IMG/VR virus record: IMGVR_UViG_3300045988_081375
Span: 1-36,091 of that record
DNA: 36,091 nt
Reading direction: 5' to 3' (one strand)
Source of the DNA: a virus
Part shown: positions 6,448 to 14,844 of the stretch, piece by piece
Layout: every line of letters begins with the position of its first letter
Numbering within the stretch: the first letter of the stretch is position 1
The notes under the pieces: model-generated
Seen by the model: the letters and a program-made list of their open reading frames with translations, nothing else
What the model was told of the DNA's origin: nothing
Database searches by the model: none
Position numbers and translations under genes: made by a program

Positions 6448-9168
6448 ATGCTTGATGTATCGGCCGCTTACACGGCGGCTATTAAGGATAAAAACCGCAC
6501 AGACCGCATTACAGGTACAATTAAACTCTGTGACGGCGAAACGATAAACATAACCGATGATATTATCGTGAACAACAGCGTCACGCTGAAAGAACAGCTT
6601 GTATCGGGTGATACCTTTGAAATAGGTACGTTCTACACAAATCAGCTTGATATAACGGTGTATGACAATAACTTTTTGTCAAGGACTTATGCGAATGCAA
6701 GGATAACGCCGAAATACGAAATACAGCTTGCCGATGGGACTTGGGAAAGTGTTCCGCTCGGAATATTTACGGTAGATAACAGCCTTACAAAGCGCAAGGG
6801 CAGTATCCACAAGCTGACGGCGTTTGACGACAGCACAAAGTTTGACGTTGATATATCGGCGTATTCGGGCGGAAAAAAGACGGTGCAGCAGCACATAAAG
6901 GATCTTGCCGCAGATGTCGGAATAACGCTTGTTACTACAGATTTCAGTTCATATCCGAACTACAATCTGATAGTGGATTCAACGGTTTCTTCGTCCGTGC
7001 AGACGTACCGTGATCTTATCGAGTGGTGCTGTGCGCTTATGGCGTCATCGGCAAGAATCAACAGGTACGGCAAGCTCGAAATTGTTAAACTCAAGGAAAA
7101 GAAGAAAACCGTTGACGGTGCGCTTGCGTATGACGCAGACTATACGGTCGAGGGGTATGAGCGTACCGGCACGGAGTTTTTTGACCTCAGAGCGCTGACG
7201 AAGTATTTTTCTACAACCTTTGACGGTGAACAGTATGTTTATGCCAACAATTCAACGCTTGAGGATGCAGTGGCACGGAAAGCAACGTTGTTTCTTCCCG
7301 AAAATCCGCTTTTGCAATCTGTATCGGACGCTGAACGCAAATCCGCATTTGAAGTGTGTGCGGACACGATTTATATCGCACTGCGCCGTGTGGAATTTTC
7401 TTTCAACGGAAATCCTGCTATTGAGTGCTTTGATACGCTTTGTGGTAATGGAGGAAAGATAGATGTAAACCGCACAATAGCTTTCTTCCCGACATCACTT
7501 GTATGGAAATACAGAGGGGCACATAAGGTAAGCTGTGCGTTTGCGGAACTGACGGATGAGGCAACAGAGAGCGCATCTGAGGCGGCAATATCAGTGGTGA
7601 ATGCGAGCACAATAAACAAGATGCCTGTGCAAGTAAAAAGCAAGACAGAAAAACGTCTTGATGGGGTGGGTAAAACAGCTTTTGATGCCAGCAGTGTCGG
7701 CAAGTTCACCGCTACCGGCATCGGCTGTGAGATATTCAACGACTATGAAAATAATATCGCAAGCAGCACATACGCTCACGCTGAAGGAAACAGCACGAAG
7801 GCAATGGCACCCGGTACGCACGCAGAAGGGAACGGCACTGTCGCAAGCAACACATACGCACACGCTGAAGGGAGAGAAACAACTGCTTCAGGGGAGAGTT
7901 CACACGCTGAAGGAGAGAAAACCACAGCAAGCGGTTATTGCAGCCACGCAGAAGGGTATAATACCGTTGCAGACGGCGGATACAGCCATGCGGAAGGATA
8001 CAATGCTCTTGCAAGCGGTTGGTACAGCCACGCAGGAGGAATAAACAGCAAAGCGAAAGCAGAAGCGTCCTTTGCTCACGGTATGTATGCGGTATCCGAT
8101 TATCGAGGCGGTGCGGCTTTCGGTGTCAGCAACAAGACCAAAGACGCACTTTTTGTTGTCGGAAACGGCTCACCGGGAGGAAGTTACGAAAGCGATGCAC
8201 TCGTGCTTGATAACGCAGGAAATCTGTGGGTGGCAGGCAGTATAAAGTGCGGCGGTGGCAGCGGAGGTTATACCTTGTCGCCTGCAACAGCCGACACGCT
8301 CGGCGGCGTGATGATAGGCGATAATATATCGGTAACGGCTGACGGGGTTATCTCGGTGAATCTGTCGGCATATCTGAAAAACACGGATATAGCGGACTGG
8401 GCAAAAGCTGAAAGCAAGCCTGTGTATACAGCGGAAGAAGTCGGGGCGGCAGAGAAGAATCATACACATAACGTGTCGGATATCACAGATATGCCAGAAT
8501 GGACGAAAACCGAGAATAAGCCTGTATATACAGCAAGCGAGGTCGGTGCGGCAACAGCGGCAGATATTACTGCGGCGGTGAATGCTATCGAGATCGGCGG
8601 AAGAAATCTGCTGTATGACAGCACCGGAAATCTTAAAAAAGGCTGGAGCGGTAACACTATAATAACGGTTGATGGCGGAATATCAGGAAATAGCCTTGCA
8701 ATATCCAGAACCGGCTATTCCGGCAATGCACGATATTTTGGCACGAGCAAGAGGCACTTTCTGACGGATTTCGAGGATGGCACAAGCTACACTCTGTCGG
8801 CGTGGATAAAGGTCAGAAGCGATGTCGAGCTTGACGCAAGCGGCTATGTAATGGCAAGATTCCGTTCCGCTGATAATACGAAGCTGCATATTTTACCGCT
8901 TACCGTCAACAGCAAAACCAAAAAGGACGAGTGGCTCTACTGCGAAAAGACTTGGACGATAGACGACAGCAACATAGCAAAGCTCGAATGCGTGGCGCTT
9001 GCGCTTGATAAAAACGGCATGATCGAGGCTTGCAACATCAAGCTCGAAAAAGGCACTAAGGCTACAGACTGGTCGCCTGCAGTCGAAGAGGATACGGAGC
9101 GTATCGCAAGCCTTGAAGCAAGAGTAGCGGCGCTTGAGGCTATGGCAGTATCGGGAGGTGAGGTATAA
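6448..9168 (+). CDS. multidomain tail tip / fibre receptor-binding protein
   Basis: ATG at 6448 after the RBS aagagg. Contains about eight SHAEG-type repeats and two KPVYTA-EVGAA repeats. The C-terminal module (GGRNLL ... KLEKGTKATDWSPAVEE) is followed by a short coiled coil. Confidence 0.75.
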   Translation: MLDVSAAYTAAIKDKNRTDRITGTIKLCDGETINITDDIIVNNSVTLKEQLVSGDTFEIGTFYTNQLDITVYDNNFLSRTYANARITPKYEIQLADGTWESVPLGIFTVDNSLTKRKGSIHKLTAFDDSTKFDVDISAYSGGKKTVQQHIKDLAADVGITLVTTDFSSYPNYNLIVDSTVSSSVQTYRDLIEWCCALMASSARINRYGKLEIVKLKEKKKTVDGALAYDADYTVEGYERTGTEFFDLRALTKYFSTTFDGEQYVYANNSTLEDAVARKATLFLPENPLLQSVSDAERKSAFEVCADTIYIALRRVEFSFNGNPAIECFDTLCGNGGKIDVNRTIAFFPTSLVWKYRGAHKVSCAFAELTDEATESASEAAISVVNASTINKMPVQVKSKTEKRLDGVGKTAFDASSVGKFTATGIGCEIFNDYENNIASSTYAHAEGNSTKAMAPGTHAEGNGTVASNTYAHAEGRETTASGESSHAEGEKTTASGYCSHAEGYNTVADGGYSHAEGYNALASGWYSHAGGINSKAKAEASFAHGMYAVSDYRGGAAFGVSNKTKDALFVVGNGSPGGSYESDALVLDNAGNLWVAGSIKCGGGSGGYTLSPATADTLGGVMIGDNISVTADGVISVNLSAYLKNTDIADWAKAESKPVYTAEEVGAAEKNHTHNVSDITDMPEWTKTENKPVYTASEVGAATAADITAAVNAIEIGGRNLLYDSTGNLKKGWSGNTIITVDGGISGNSLAISRTGYSGNARYFGTSKRHFLTDFEDGTSYTLSAWIKVRSDVELDASGYVMARFRSADNTKLHILPLTVNSKTKKDEWLYCEKTWTIDDSNIAKLECVALALDKNGMIEACNIKLEKGTKATDWSPAVEEDTERIASLEARVAALEAMAVSGGEV

Positions 9169-9398
9169 TGTTGGATTTTGGTAGATGGATAGTCGAGGTC
9201 GCTGTGAACGGCGTTAAAAGCGGCAGTTTTGACAGGGCTTGGGCGGCTATGCAGCTCGGCAATCATTACAGCCGTGACAGGATAACGGCGGAGGATATTG
9301 CTAGGTTTGATGAGGAGATGAATGAGTATGAGGCAGAGATGAAGGCAGAGCAGGAAGAAATCGGTGAAGAACCGGTTGAAATAACAGATACCGAGTAA
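9168..9398 (+). CDS. hypothetical small protein with acidic C-terminus (post-fibre position)
   Basis: 76 aa with a TAATG stop-start overlap with the fibre gene. No recognisable motif. Confidence 0.5.
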   Translation: MLDFGRWIVEVAVNGVKSGSFDRAWAAMQLGNHYSRDRITAEDIARFDEEMNEYEAEMKAEQEEIGEEPVEITDTE

Positions 9399-9419
9399 TC
9401 GGTAGAAAGGAAAAAAGTT

Positions 9420-9851
9420 ATGGAAAAAATCAACGGCATTTTCGGCGGAATAGTGGCTACTATCGGCGGCGTGATAGGGTGGATATGGGGCGATTTTACG
9501 CCCTTGCTTGCCGCTCTGATCGTGTGCATGGTGCTTGATTACATATCTGGCGTTGCGTGTGCGATTGTCAGAAAAGACGTGTCAAGCGAGGTCGGCTTTA
9601 AAGGCATAGTCAAGAAAATACTGATTTTAATGCTCGTCGGCGTTGCACACGTTTTAGACGCTTATGTGCTTAATTCGACTCCCGTACTACAGTCGGCGGT
9701 CATGATGTTCTTTATCGCCAATGAGGGTATATCGCTTGTGGAAAATGCGGCGGGGCTTGGTATACCGATACCGAAAAAAATGCTTGAAGTGTTAAAGCAG
9801 CTGAAGCTCAAGGGCGACAGCACAGAGAAAAGCGAAAGCGAGGAAGAATAA
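9420..9851 (+). CDS. holin (phage holin family 4 / TcdE-like)
   Basis: Predicted transmembrane helices plus the motif ...DYISGV...KGIVKK...FFIANEGISLVENAAGLGIPIP typical of this holin family. It lies immediately before the endolysin. Confidence 0.85.
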   Translation: MEKINGIFGGIVATIGGVIGWIWGDFTPLLAALIVCMVLDYISGVACAIVRKDVSSEVGFKGIVKKILILMLVGVAHVLDAYVLNSTPVLQSAVMMFFIANEGISLVENAAGLGIPIPKKMLEVLKQLKLKGDSTEKSESEEE

Positions 9852-9852
9852 T

Positions 9853-10923
9853 ATGTTAAAAGTTAAGGGCATTGACATCAGCAGGGCACAGGAGCAGTTC
9901 GATTTTACGGCGGCTGTGTCGGCAGGCGTGAAGTTTGTAATTATCCGTGCCGGCATACGCACGGACGAGGACACTTATTTCAGACGCAATATCGAGCAGT
10001 GCAGAAAGCTCGGTATAGATTTCGGCTGTTACTGGTATGTTACGGCGGCAGACACAGCGGAGCTTGACAGGCAGATAAATGCGTGCGTCAAGGCAATAGG
10101 TGACGAAAAGCCGTCATATCCCGTGTTCTGCGACATGGAGGAACAGCGTCAGATAGACAACCTCACAAGCAAGGAAAGAACCGATATGGCGCTTGAGTTC
10201 TGCGACAGGCTGAATAAGGCAGGGCTTCCCTCGGGAGTGTACGCAAATCCTGCGTGGCTTGAAAGCTACTATCAGAAGGAACGTATTGTTGGAAAGCGTG
10301 ATATATGGCTTGCACACTGGACCGAAAGCCCGGATTATGCAAGCCGGTATGACTACGGGCAGAAAATGTGGCAGTGGGGCATTGACAGTATCGCAGGCAA
10401 GGACGTTGACGGGGATATTTGCTTTGTGGATTATCCTGCGATAACGGCAAAATGGTATAAGGAAAACTGCGGTGATATGCCGGAAAAGCCGGAAAAGCCC
10501 GATAAGCCTGAGAATCTGTTCAAAAAAGGCGACAGCGTGAGGGTGAAGCGTGGTGCAAGGTTCACAAACGGAGTAGAACCGTATTCTTATGTGTATGATA
10601 CGGTCTATACCGTTCAGCAGGTATCGGCAAGCGGCAAGGAAACGCTTATAGGCATCGGCTCGGTGCCTACCGGCTGGCTTTATACAGAGAATCTGTACAA
10701 GGCGGAAAGTGACGAGATAATGCAGAAATTCGCTGTAGGCGATAAAGTCAAGGTGAATTACGGTGCTAAGACGTATAACGGCGGTTCGCTTGCACTGTTT
10801 GTGTATACGAATGTGTACGAGGTTATGCAGGCAGGCTCGGGTGACAGAGAGGATTATATCGTCATCGGTCAGGGCGGGCAGGTCACTGCGGCGGTAAGAG
10901 CGGAGGATTTAAAGAAGGTTTAA
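9853..10923 (+). CDS. endolysin: GH25 muramidase with two C-terminal SH3-like wall-binding repeats
   Basis: N-terminus KGIDISRAQEQFDF...VKFVIIRAG...DVDGD matches GH25. A PEKPEKPDKPEN linker precedes two similar ~65-aa repeats (KKGDSVRVKRGARF... / AVGDKVKVNYGAKTY...). Confidence 0.9.
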   Translation: MLKVKGIDISRAQEQFDFTAAVSAGVKFVIIRAGIRTDEDTYFRRNIEQCRKLGIDFGCYWYVTAADTAELDRQINACVKAIGDEKPSYPVFCDMEEQRQIDNLTSKERTDMALEFCDRLNKAGLPSGVYANPAWLESYYQKERIVGKRDIWLAHWTESPDYASRYDYGQKMWQWGIDSIAGKDVDGDICFVDYPAITAKWYKENCGDMPEKPEKPDKPENLFKKGDSVRVKRGARFTNGVEPYSYVYDTVYTVQQVSASGKETLIGIGSVPTGWLYTENLYKAESDEIMQKFAVGDKVKVNYGAKTYNGGSLALFVYTNVYEVMQAGSGDREDYIVIGQGGQVTAAVRAEDLKKV

Positions 10924-10932
10924 TAAACAGTT

Positions 10933-10975
10933 ATCCCCCGGCGGAGCAAAAAGGCTCTGTCGGGGGATTTTTTTG
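10933..10975 (+). terminator. rho-independent terminator after the lysis module
   Basis: 8-bp stem atcccccg/cgggggat followed by a T7 run. Confidence 0.7.
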
Positions 10976-10984
10976 TAGCTTTAG

Positions 10985-11705
10985 CAAAAATAAACCACCG
11001 CTTGAAGCGGTGGAATAAAAGACTTTAGTAAAAAGCCCTCCTATGATATAATAGAAGTGGGTTTGGCAACCACATGAATATCAAAAGGAGGACTGTCAAA
11101 TGAATGACAATCATAGTTTATCACATTCAAAGTGGAATTGCAAGTATCACATAGTATTCGCACCGAAATACCGAAGGCAGGTAGTGTACGGGCAGTTGAA
11201 AGCAGATATAGGGAAAATACTGCGAACATTATGTGAACAGAAAAAAGTGAATATAATCGAAGCAGAAGCATGCCCGGATCACATACATATGTTGGTGGAA
11301 ATACCACCGAACATAAGTGTAGCGCAGTTTATGGGGTATCTAAAAGGAAAGAGCTCATAGATGATATTTGATAGGCATGCAAATTTGAAATACAAGTATG
11401 GGAATCGGCATTTCTGGTGCAGAGGATATTACGTAGATACAGTAGGAAAGAACAAAAAGGCAATAGAAGAATACATACGAAACCAACTTACAGAAGATAT
11501 AGCAAACGATCAAATAACACTGAAAGAGTATATTGACCCGTTTACGGGTAGCAAGAACCAGTAAGCAAAAAGAAACAGCCACTTGAGTGGCTGCTGTAAA
11601 TGAGATGCGGTTGCCAGACTTTTCAGTGTGCCTTCAGGCACAAGCCGGTATTATGCCCTTGAAGGGCAAGTGCATACCACGCGTTCAACGCGTGGTTTTG
11701 ATTAT
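10985..11705 (+). mobile_element. IS200/IS605-family insertion sequence (boundaries approximate)
   Basis: About 0.7 kb carrying a Y1 HUH transposase gene. Subterminal hairpins are ccaccgc-ttgaa-gcggtgg (10995-11013) and ccacgcg-ttcaa-cgcgtgg (11677-11695). No terminal inverted repeats, as expected for this family. Confidence 0.75.
11100..11564 (+). pseudogene. tnpA: IS200-type TnpA (Y1 HUH transposase) interrupted by an in-frame TAG at 11358-11360
   Basis: The two ORFs (11100-11360 and 11361-11564) are in the same frame. Together they read ...HSKWNCKYHIVFAPKYRR...PDHIHMLVEIP...FMGYLKGKSS*MIFDRH...FWCRGYYVDTVGKN. From memory, the canonical protein has Leu at the stop position. Confidence 0.85.
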
Positions 11706-11730
11706 GTTTAATATATAGTTAGTCTCCTAA

Positions 11731-11753
11731 CTTGACTAGCATTTGACTAGTGT
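11731..11753. repeat. two direct copies of TTGACTAG(C/T) motif, candidate integrase arm-type sites
   Basis: cTTGACTAGCAtTTGACTAGTGttttt. The same 11-mer recurs at 11964-11998 on the other side of the tRNA-like core. Confidence 0.45.
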
Positions 11754-11820
11754 TTTTCTGAATTTGTATGTATTTTTGCGTAAATTTACGTCTTTGGCGT
11801 TTAAAATTGATGTAAGTAAA

Positions 11821-11861
11821 AATCCCCGCAAATCCGTCTATAATGCGGATTTGCGGGGATT
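11821..11861 (-). terminator. rho-independent terminator (minus strand) immediately 3' of the tRNA fragment
   Basis: Perfect 16-bp stem aatccccgcaaatccg/cggatttgcggggatt. On the minus strand it is followed by TTTTT. Confidence 0.6.
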
Positions 11862-11867
11862 TGGATT

Positions 11868-11915
11868 TGGCACGCCTGATGCGATTCGAACGCACGACAC
11901 ATAGCGTCGGAGGCT
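11868..11915 (-). other. tRNA 3' half (variable arm, T-arm, acceptor 3' strand, CCA): candidate attP core
   Basis: The minus strand reads ...cgacgc-tat-gtgtc-GTGCG-TTCGAAT-CGCAT-caggcgt-g-CCA. The T-loop is canonical and the long variable arm marks a class II tRNA. No matching 5' acceptor strand or anticodon arm is present, so it is a fragment. Confidence 0.6.
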
Positions 11916-11963
11916 TAGGCTCTATAGCCTGTAGATTGGCTTTACAACTGGTTTTATAGGCTG

Positions 11964-11998
11964 TTTGACTTGCAATTTGACTAGTGTTTGACTAGTGT
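11964..11998. repeat. three tandem TTTGACT(A/T)G-type repeats, candidate integrase arm-type sites
   Basis: TTTGACTTGCAA TTTGACTAGTG TTTGACTAGTG, directly upstream of the integrase stop codon. Confidence 0.5.
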
Positions 11999-12010
11999 TT
12001 TTATATGCTC

Positions 12011-13162
12011 TTACGTTGCTTGTCGCAATTTTGCGTTCAAATGTTCGTTAAATTTATCAATATTTTTTGCCTTGTAAGTCTTGTCTAAGTGCGTGTAAAT
12101 TTTGAGGGTTGTGGATATATCCTTGTGGCCTGCCTGCTCTTTTGCTGTCATAATATCCACCCCTGCAAGATACATCAAGGTTATAAATGTATGACGTAAG
12201 CAGTGGGCTGTGAAAGGTTCAATCACGAACGGAACACCACCGGGCTGAAAACGGCTTGTCGGTTTGTCGGATAATGTGTTATCAAAATTGCCGTGCTCAT
12301 AGTTCAGGACGGACATATAACTTTCCCACATTCTGCGCCAGGACGTGTTGCTGTGCATCTTGTCATTTGCAGTCCGGCATACGAGAAAGCCGTCATGCTC
12401 CGCACCTTTCAGATAGTCAACGAGCACATCGGGAATATAGACAATTCGTTTTGCGCTTTCGGACTTGCCGTAGTTTTTGACTTTAGCCTGATTGCCTGAG
12501 AACTCTACAAATCGTGCTACCTTGATAGTTTTGCCGCTAAGGTCAATATCATTCCATTGAAGCGGTATAAGCTCGCTCTTTCGTAACCCGGCATACATCA
12601 TGATCATTGCAGCAGTCTGGGCTCTGTGGGGCGTAGTTCTTATCCACTCCTGCTCTTCATCGGTCAGAGCACGGCGCTCCTCCGCAGGCTTTACCTTTGC
12701 AGGAAGTTTTACATTCCGGAAAACGTTATAGTCGGTGGCTCTGTTCTCAATAGCCAGGTCAAGGACACTTACCGATATTTCATACACCGCTTTAATTGTT
12801 CTCTTGGAATAGTCCTCCTGAGCCATATCTATGAGAATATCACGCAAATCCGATGAGGACAGTTTTGCTATCGGAAGATTATACAACGGTTCAAGGTGCT
12901 TGTAGTAGCTCTGCGTATTCTTATACCACTGTTCCGAAACGTCGGGTTGCTTGTATTTTATCCACTTTTTGCCCCAGTAGTCGAAGGTTTCACGGCAAGC
13001 ATCAAGATCTATACCTTTACCAAGCTTGATTTTAAGCGAGTTGGACTTTTCTTCGACTTCTTTCTTTGTGTTTCCGTAAACAACACGGTATTTCTGCTTG
13101 CCGTTGTTATCGGTACCGATATAAACCGATTGCTGATAACGGCCGTCCGCACGTTTTTTCAT
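12011..13162 (-). CDS. int: tyrosine site-specific integrase
   Basis: 383 aa. The C-terminal catalytic region AHCLRHTFITLMYLAGVDIMTAKEQAGHKDISTTLKIYTHL holds the R/H-x-x-R/H/Y signature. RBS aggagg. Adjacent to the attP-like region. Confidence 0.95.
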   Translation of the reverse strand: MKKRADGRYQQSVYIGTDNNGKQKYRVVYGNTKKEVEEKSNSLKIKLGKGIDLDACRETFDYWGKKWIKYKQPDVSEQWYKNTQSYYKHLEPLYNLPIAKLSSSDLRDILIDMAQEDYSKRTIKAVYEISVSVLDLAIENRATDYNVFRNVKLPAKVKPAEERRALTDEEQEWIRTTPHRAQTAAMIMMYAGLRKSELIPLQWNDIDLSGKTIKVARFVEFSGNQAKVKNYGKSESAKRIVYIPDVLVDYLKGAEHDGFLVCRTANDKMHSNTSWRRMWESYMSVLNYEHGNFDNTLSDKPTSRFQPGGVPFVIEPFTAHCLRHTFITLMYLAGVDIMTAKEQAGHKDISTTLKIYTHLDKTYKAKNIDKFNEHLNAKLRQAT

Positions 13163-13178
13163 ATTTACACCTCCTATA

Positions 13179-13210
13179 ATATTTCCCCGCTTGTTACGGC
13201 GGGGAAATAT
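13179..13210 (-). terminator. 12-bp hairpin between the accessory genes and int (possible attenuator)
   Basis: atatttccccgc/gcggggaaatat stem starting right after the stop of the 175-aa ORF. There is no strong T-run, so termination efficiency is uncertain. Confidence 0.4.
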
Positions 13211-13738
13211 TCATATATTTGCGTTTTTACCGTAGAATATCTTGCCGCTTTCTAAGTTCTTTTTGTAATAGCAGGATTTAGAACGGATTATATCCGGGTG
13301 CAAGCACTTTTTAGCATCTGAACACTTCAAATATAATCCGCAACACCCAAAATGATCTGTTGGCTCAAATATTCTGACATTCTCATCAGTAATAAGTTCA
13401 GCAGCTTTTACAGCTTCGTTTTGTGTGTGGAATGTACATTGTATGAAATTCTGAGGGCTTTTCAGCAATTTTGTACCTGCAGGAGATATTTCAAGCGTAT
13501 CATAAACTCTTTTATTGCAAGAAATTACCGTGAATTTTGTATTCACTTTGAAGAAAAGACATTTTTCAAAATAGATCGAATACCCGGTAAGTTTGTCTTT
13601 GCTTTTGTTTTCCTGTATGCTGAAAAGCCCGTTTGAACATTTCCATTTTGCTGAAACTGTGACTATTATGTTTTCTAAAGTAGTTTTACAATCTAAATCT
13701 TCGGGTTCATTTTCAAATAATGCTACCTGCTCTATCAT
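13211..13738 (-). CDS. hypothetical protein with C-terminal Cys cluster
   Basis: 175 aa. Its ATGA start-stop overlap with the upstream exonuclease gene indicates translational coupling. C-terminus FGCCGLYLKCSDAKKCLHPDIIRSKSCYYKKNLESGKIFYG. AT-rich. Confidence 0.7.
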   Translation of the reverse strand: MIEQVALFENEPEDLDCKTTLENIIVTVSAKWKCSNGLFSIQENKSKDKLTGYSIYFEKCLFFKVNTKFTVISCNKRVYDTLEISPAGTKLLKSPQNFIQCTFHTQNEAVKAAELITDENVRIFEPTDHFGCCGLYLKCSDAKKCLHPDIIRSKSCYYKKNLESGKIFYGKNANI

Positions 13739-14820
13739 AACTGCACATCCTTTTCTTTTAGTATCATAATCGGATAGCCTTTGCTTCTGAGTTCAATTGC
13801 TTTCTTCGCCTTAGTGCCATAAGTTCCGCAAGCCCAGCTGTCAGAACCTTTTTCGCCTATAAGAAGAATGTCGGTTTTTCTTGTAACGTTACTAACTACC
13901 GTAGCACCTATTTCAGACAATCTTTCTTGTACTTCTTGCTTACTCCCATAATCAAAATCACCGGTCAGACAGATAGACTTGTTGCTAAGCTCTATATCAA
14001 CGGCTCCTATTTCTGCATTAAGCGGATTGATTTGTGCTTTAAAAAATTCGAGGAGATAATCGAGCTCGGATTGCTCTATTATTCCGTCCTCAATCACTTT
14101 CCAGATTGCGTTATTTATAATGTCGTATGGGTAATTACCTGCGAGCTGTTCGTTATTGTTCATCCATTCTTCAAGTCTTAACAGTTCTTCTTGTGTTAGA
14201 ATGTCATCGCAGGTTATGCCTATCAATATGCCGTGCAAAGTTTGTAACCCTTTTGTAATAGGATTCAGCACTCTTTGTTTCGGCGGCTTTATTTCAAGTA
14301 CAAGAGCGGAATGATTTTTCAATGCTGTCATTAAGCTGTGAGTATGGTAGCAGTCTGCAAGAGCTCTGTGATGTATACCGCTATCTTTTATTCCGAGCTG
14401 TATTATCATATCTTCGAGCTTGTGGCTGACATCGGGGTATTCTTGCTTGCATGCAGCCAAAGTATCGTATGTATCATTTTTAAAATCAAGCCCATAAGCA
14501 ACGCATTTTTTACTGATGAAATTAGCGTCAAATGCAATGTTATGTCCTACGACCGTATCATTATCAACAAATCGCAGAAAATCAGATAGGGTATCGTCAA
14601 GCTCTTTTGCATCTGCCAACATATCATCTGTTATGCCGGTAATCTGAGAAATAGTTTTTGACAACGGCTTGCTCGCTTTTATAAGCTGAGAAAATTCAGC
14701 AACGATTTTGTTATCACGAACACGCAAAGCACCGATTTCGATGATATTATCATTGTCCGGCGATAAGCCTGTTGTTTCGATGTCTACTATCGAGCAGTCG
14801 TTCAGTTCCTGTATATTCAT
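13735..14820 (-). CDS. DnaQ-like DEDDh 3'-5' exonuclease fused to a C-terminal BRCT domain
   Basis: Exo I VDIETTGL, Exo II GHNIAFDANFI, Exo III HRALADCYHTHSL. The C-terminus ICLTGDFDYGSKQEVQERLSEIGATVVSNVTRKTDILLIGEKGS...KAKKAIELRSKGYPIMILKE resembles the LigA BRCT domain. Confidence 0.85.
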   Translation of the reverse strand: MNIQELNDCSIVDIETTGLSPDNDNIIEIGALRVRDNKIVAEFSQLIKASKPLSKTISQITGITDDMLADAKELDDTLSDFLRFVDNDTVVGHNIAFDANFISKKCVAYGLDFKNDTYDTLAACKQEYPDVSHKLEDMIIQLGIKDSGIHHRALADCYHTHSLMTALKNHSALVLEIKPPKQRVLNPITKGLQTLHGILIGITCDDILTQEELLRLEEWMNNNEQLAGNYPYDIINNAIWKVIEDGIIEQSELDYLLEFFKAQINPLNAEIGAVDIELSNKSICLTGDFDYGSKQEVQERLSEIGATVVSNVTRKTDILLIGEKGSDSWACGTYGTKAKKAIELRSKGYPIMILKEKDVQL

Positions 14821-14844
14821 TGTTGCACCTCCTATTTCAAACGC

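Noticed and set aside
7658-8044. 128-aa alternative-frame ORF and several minus-strand ORFs within the fibre repeat block
   Set aside because: The open frames arise from the tandem SHAEG-encoding repeats and have His/Thr/Gln-rich nonsense composition. The main frame gives a coherent fibre protein.
11868-11950. Complete tRNA gene on the minus strand
   Set aside because: Only the variable arm, T-arm, acceptor 3' strand and CCA are present. I could find no complementary 5' acceptor strand (acgcctg) and no anticodon arm with U33. It is therefore annotated as a tRNA fragment / attP core.
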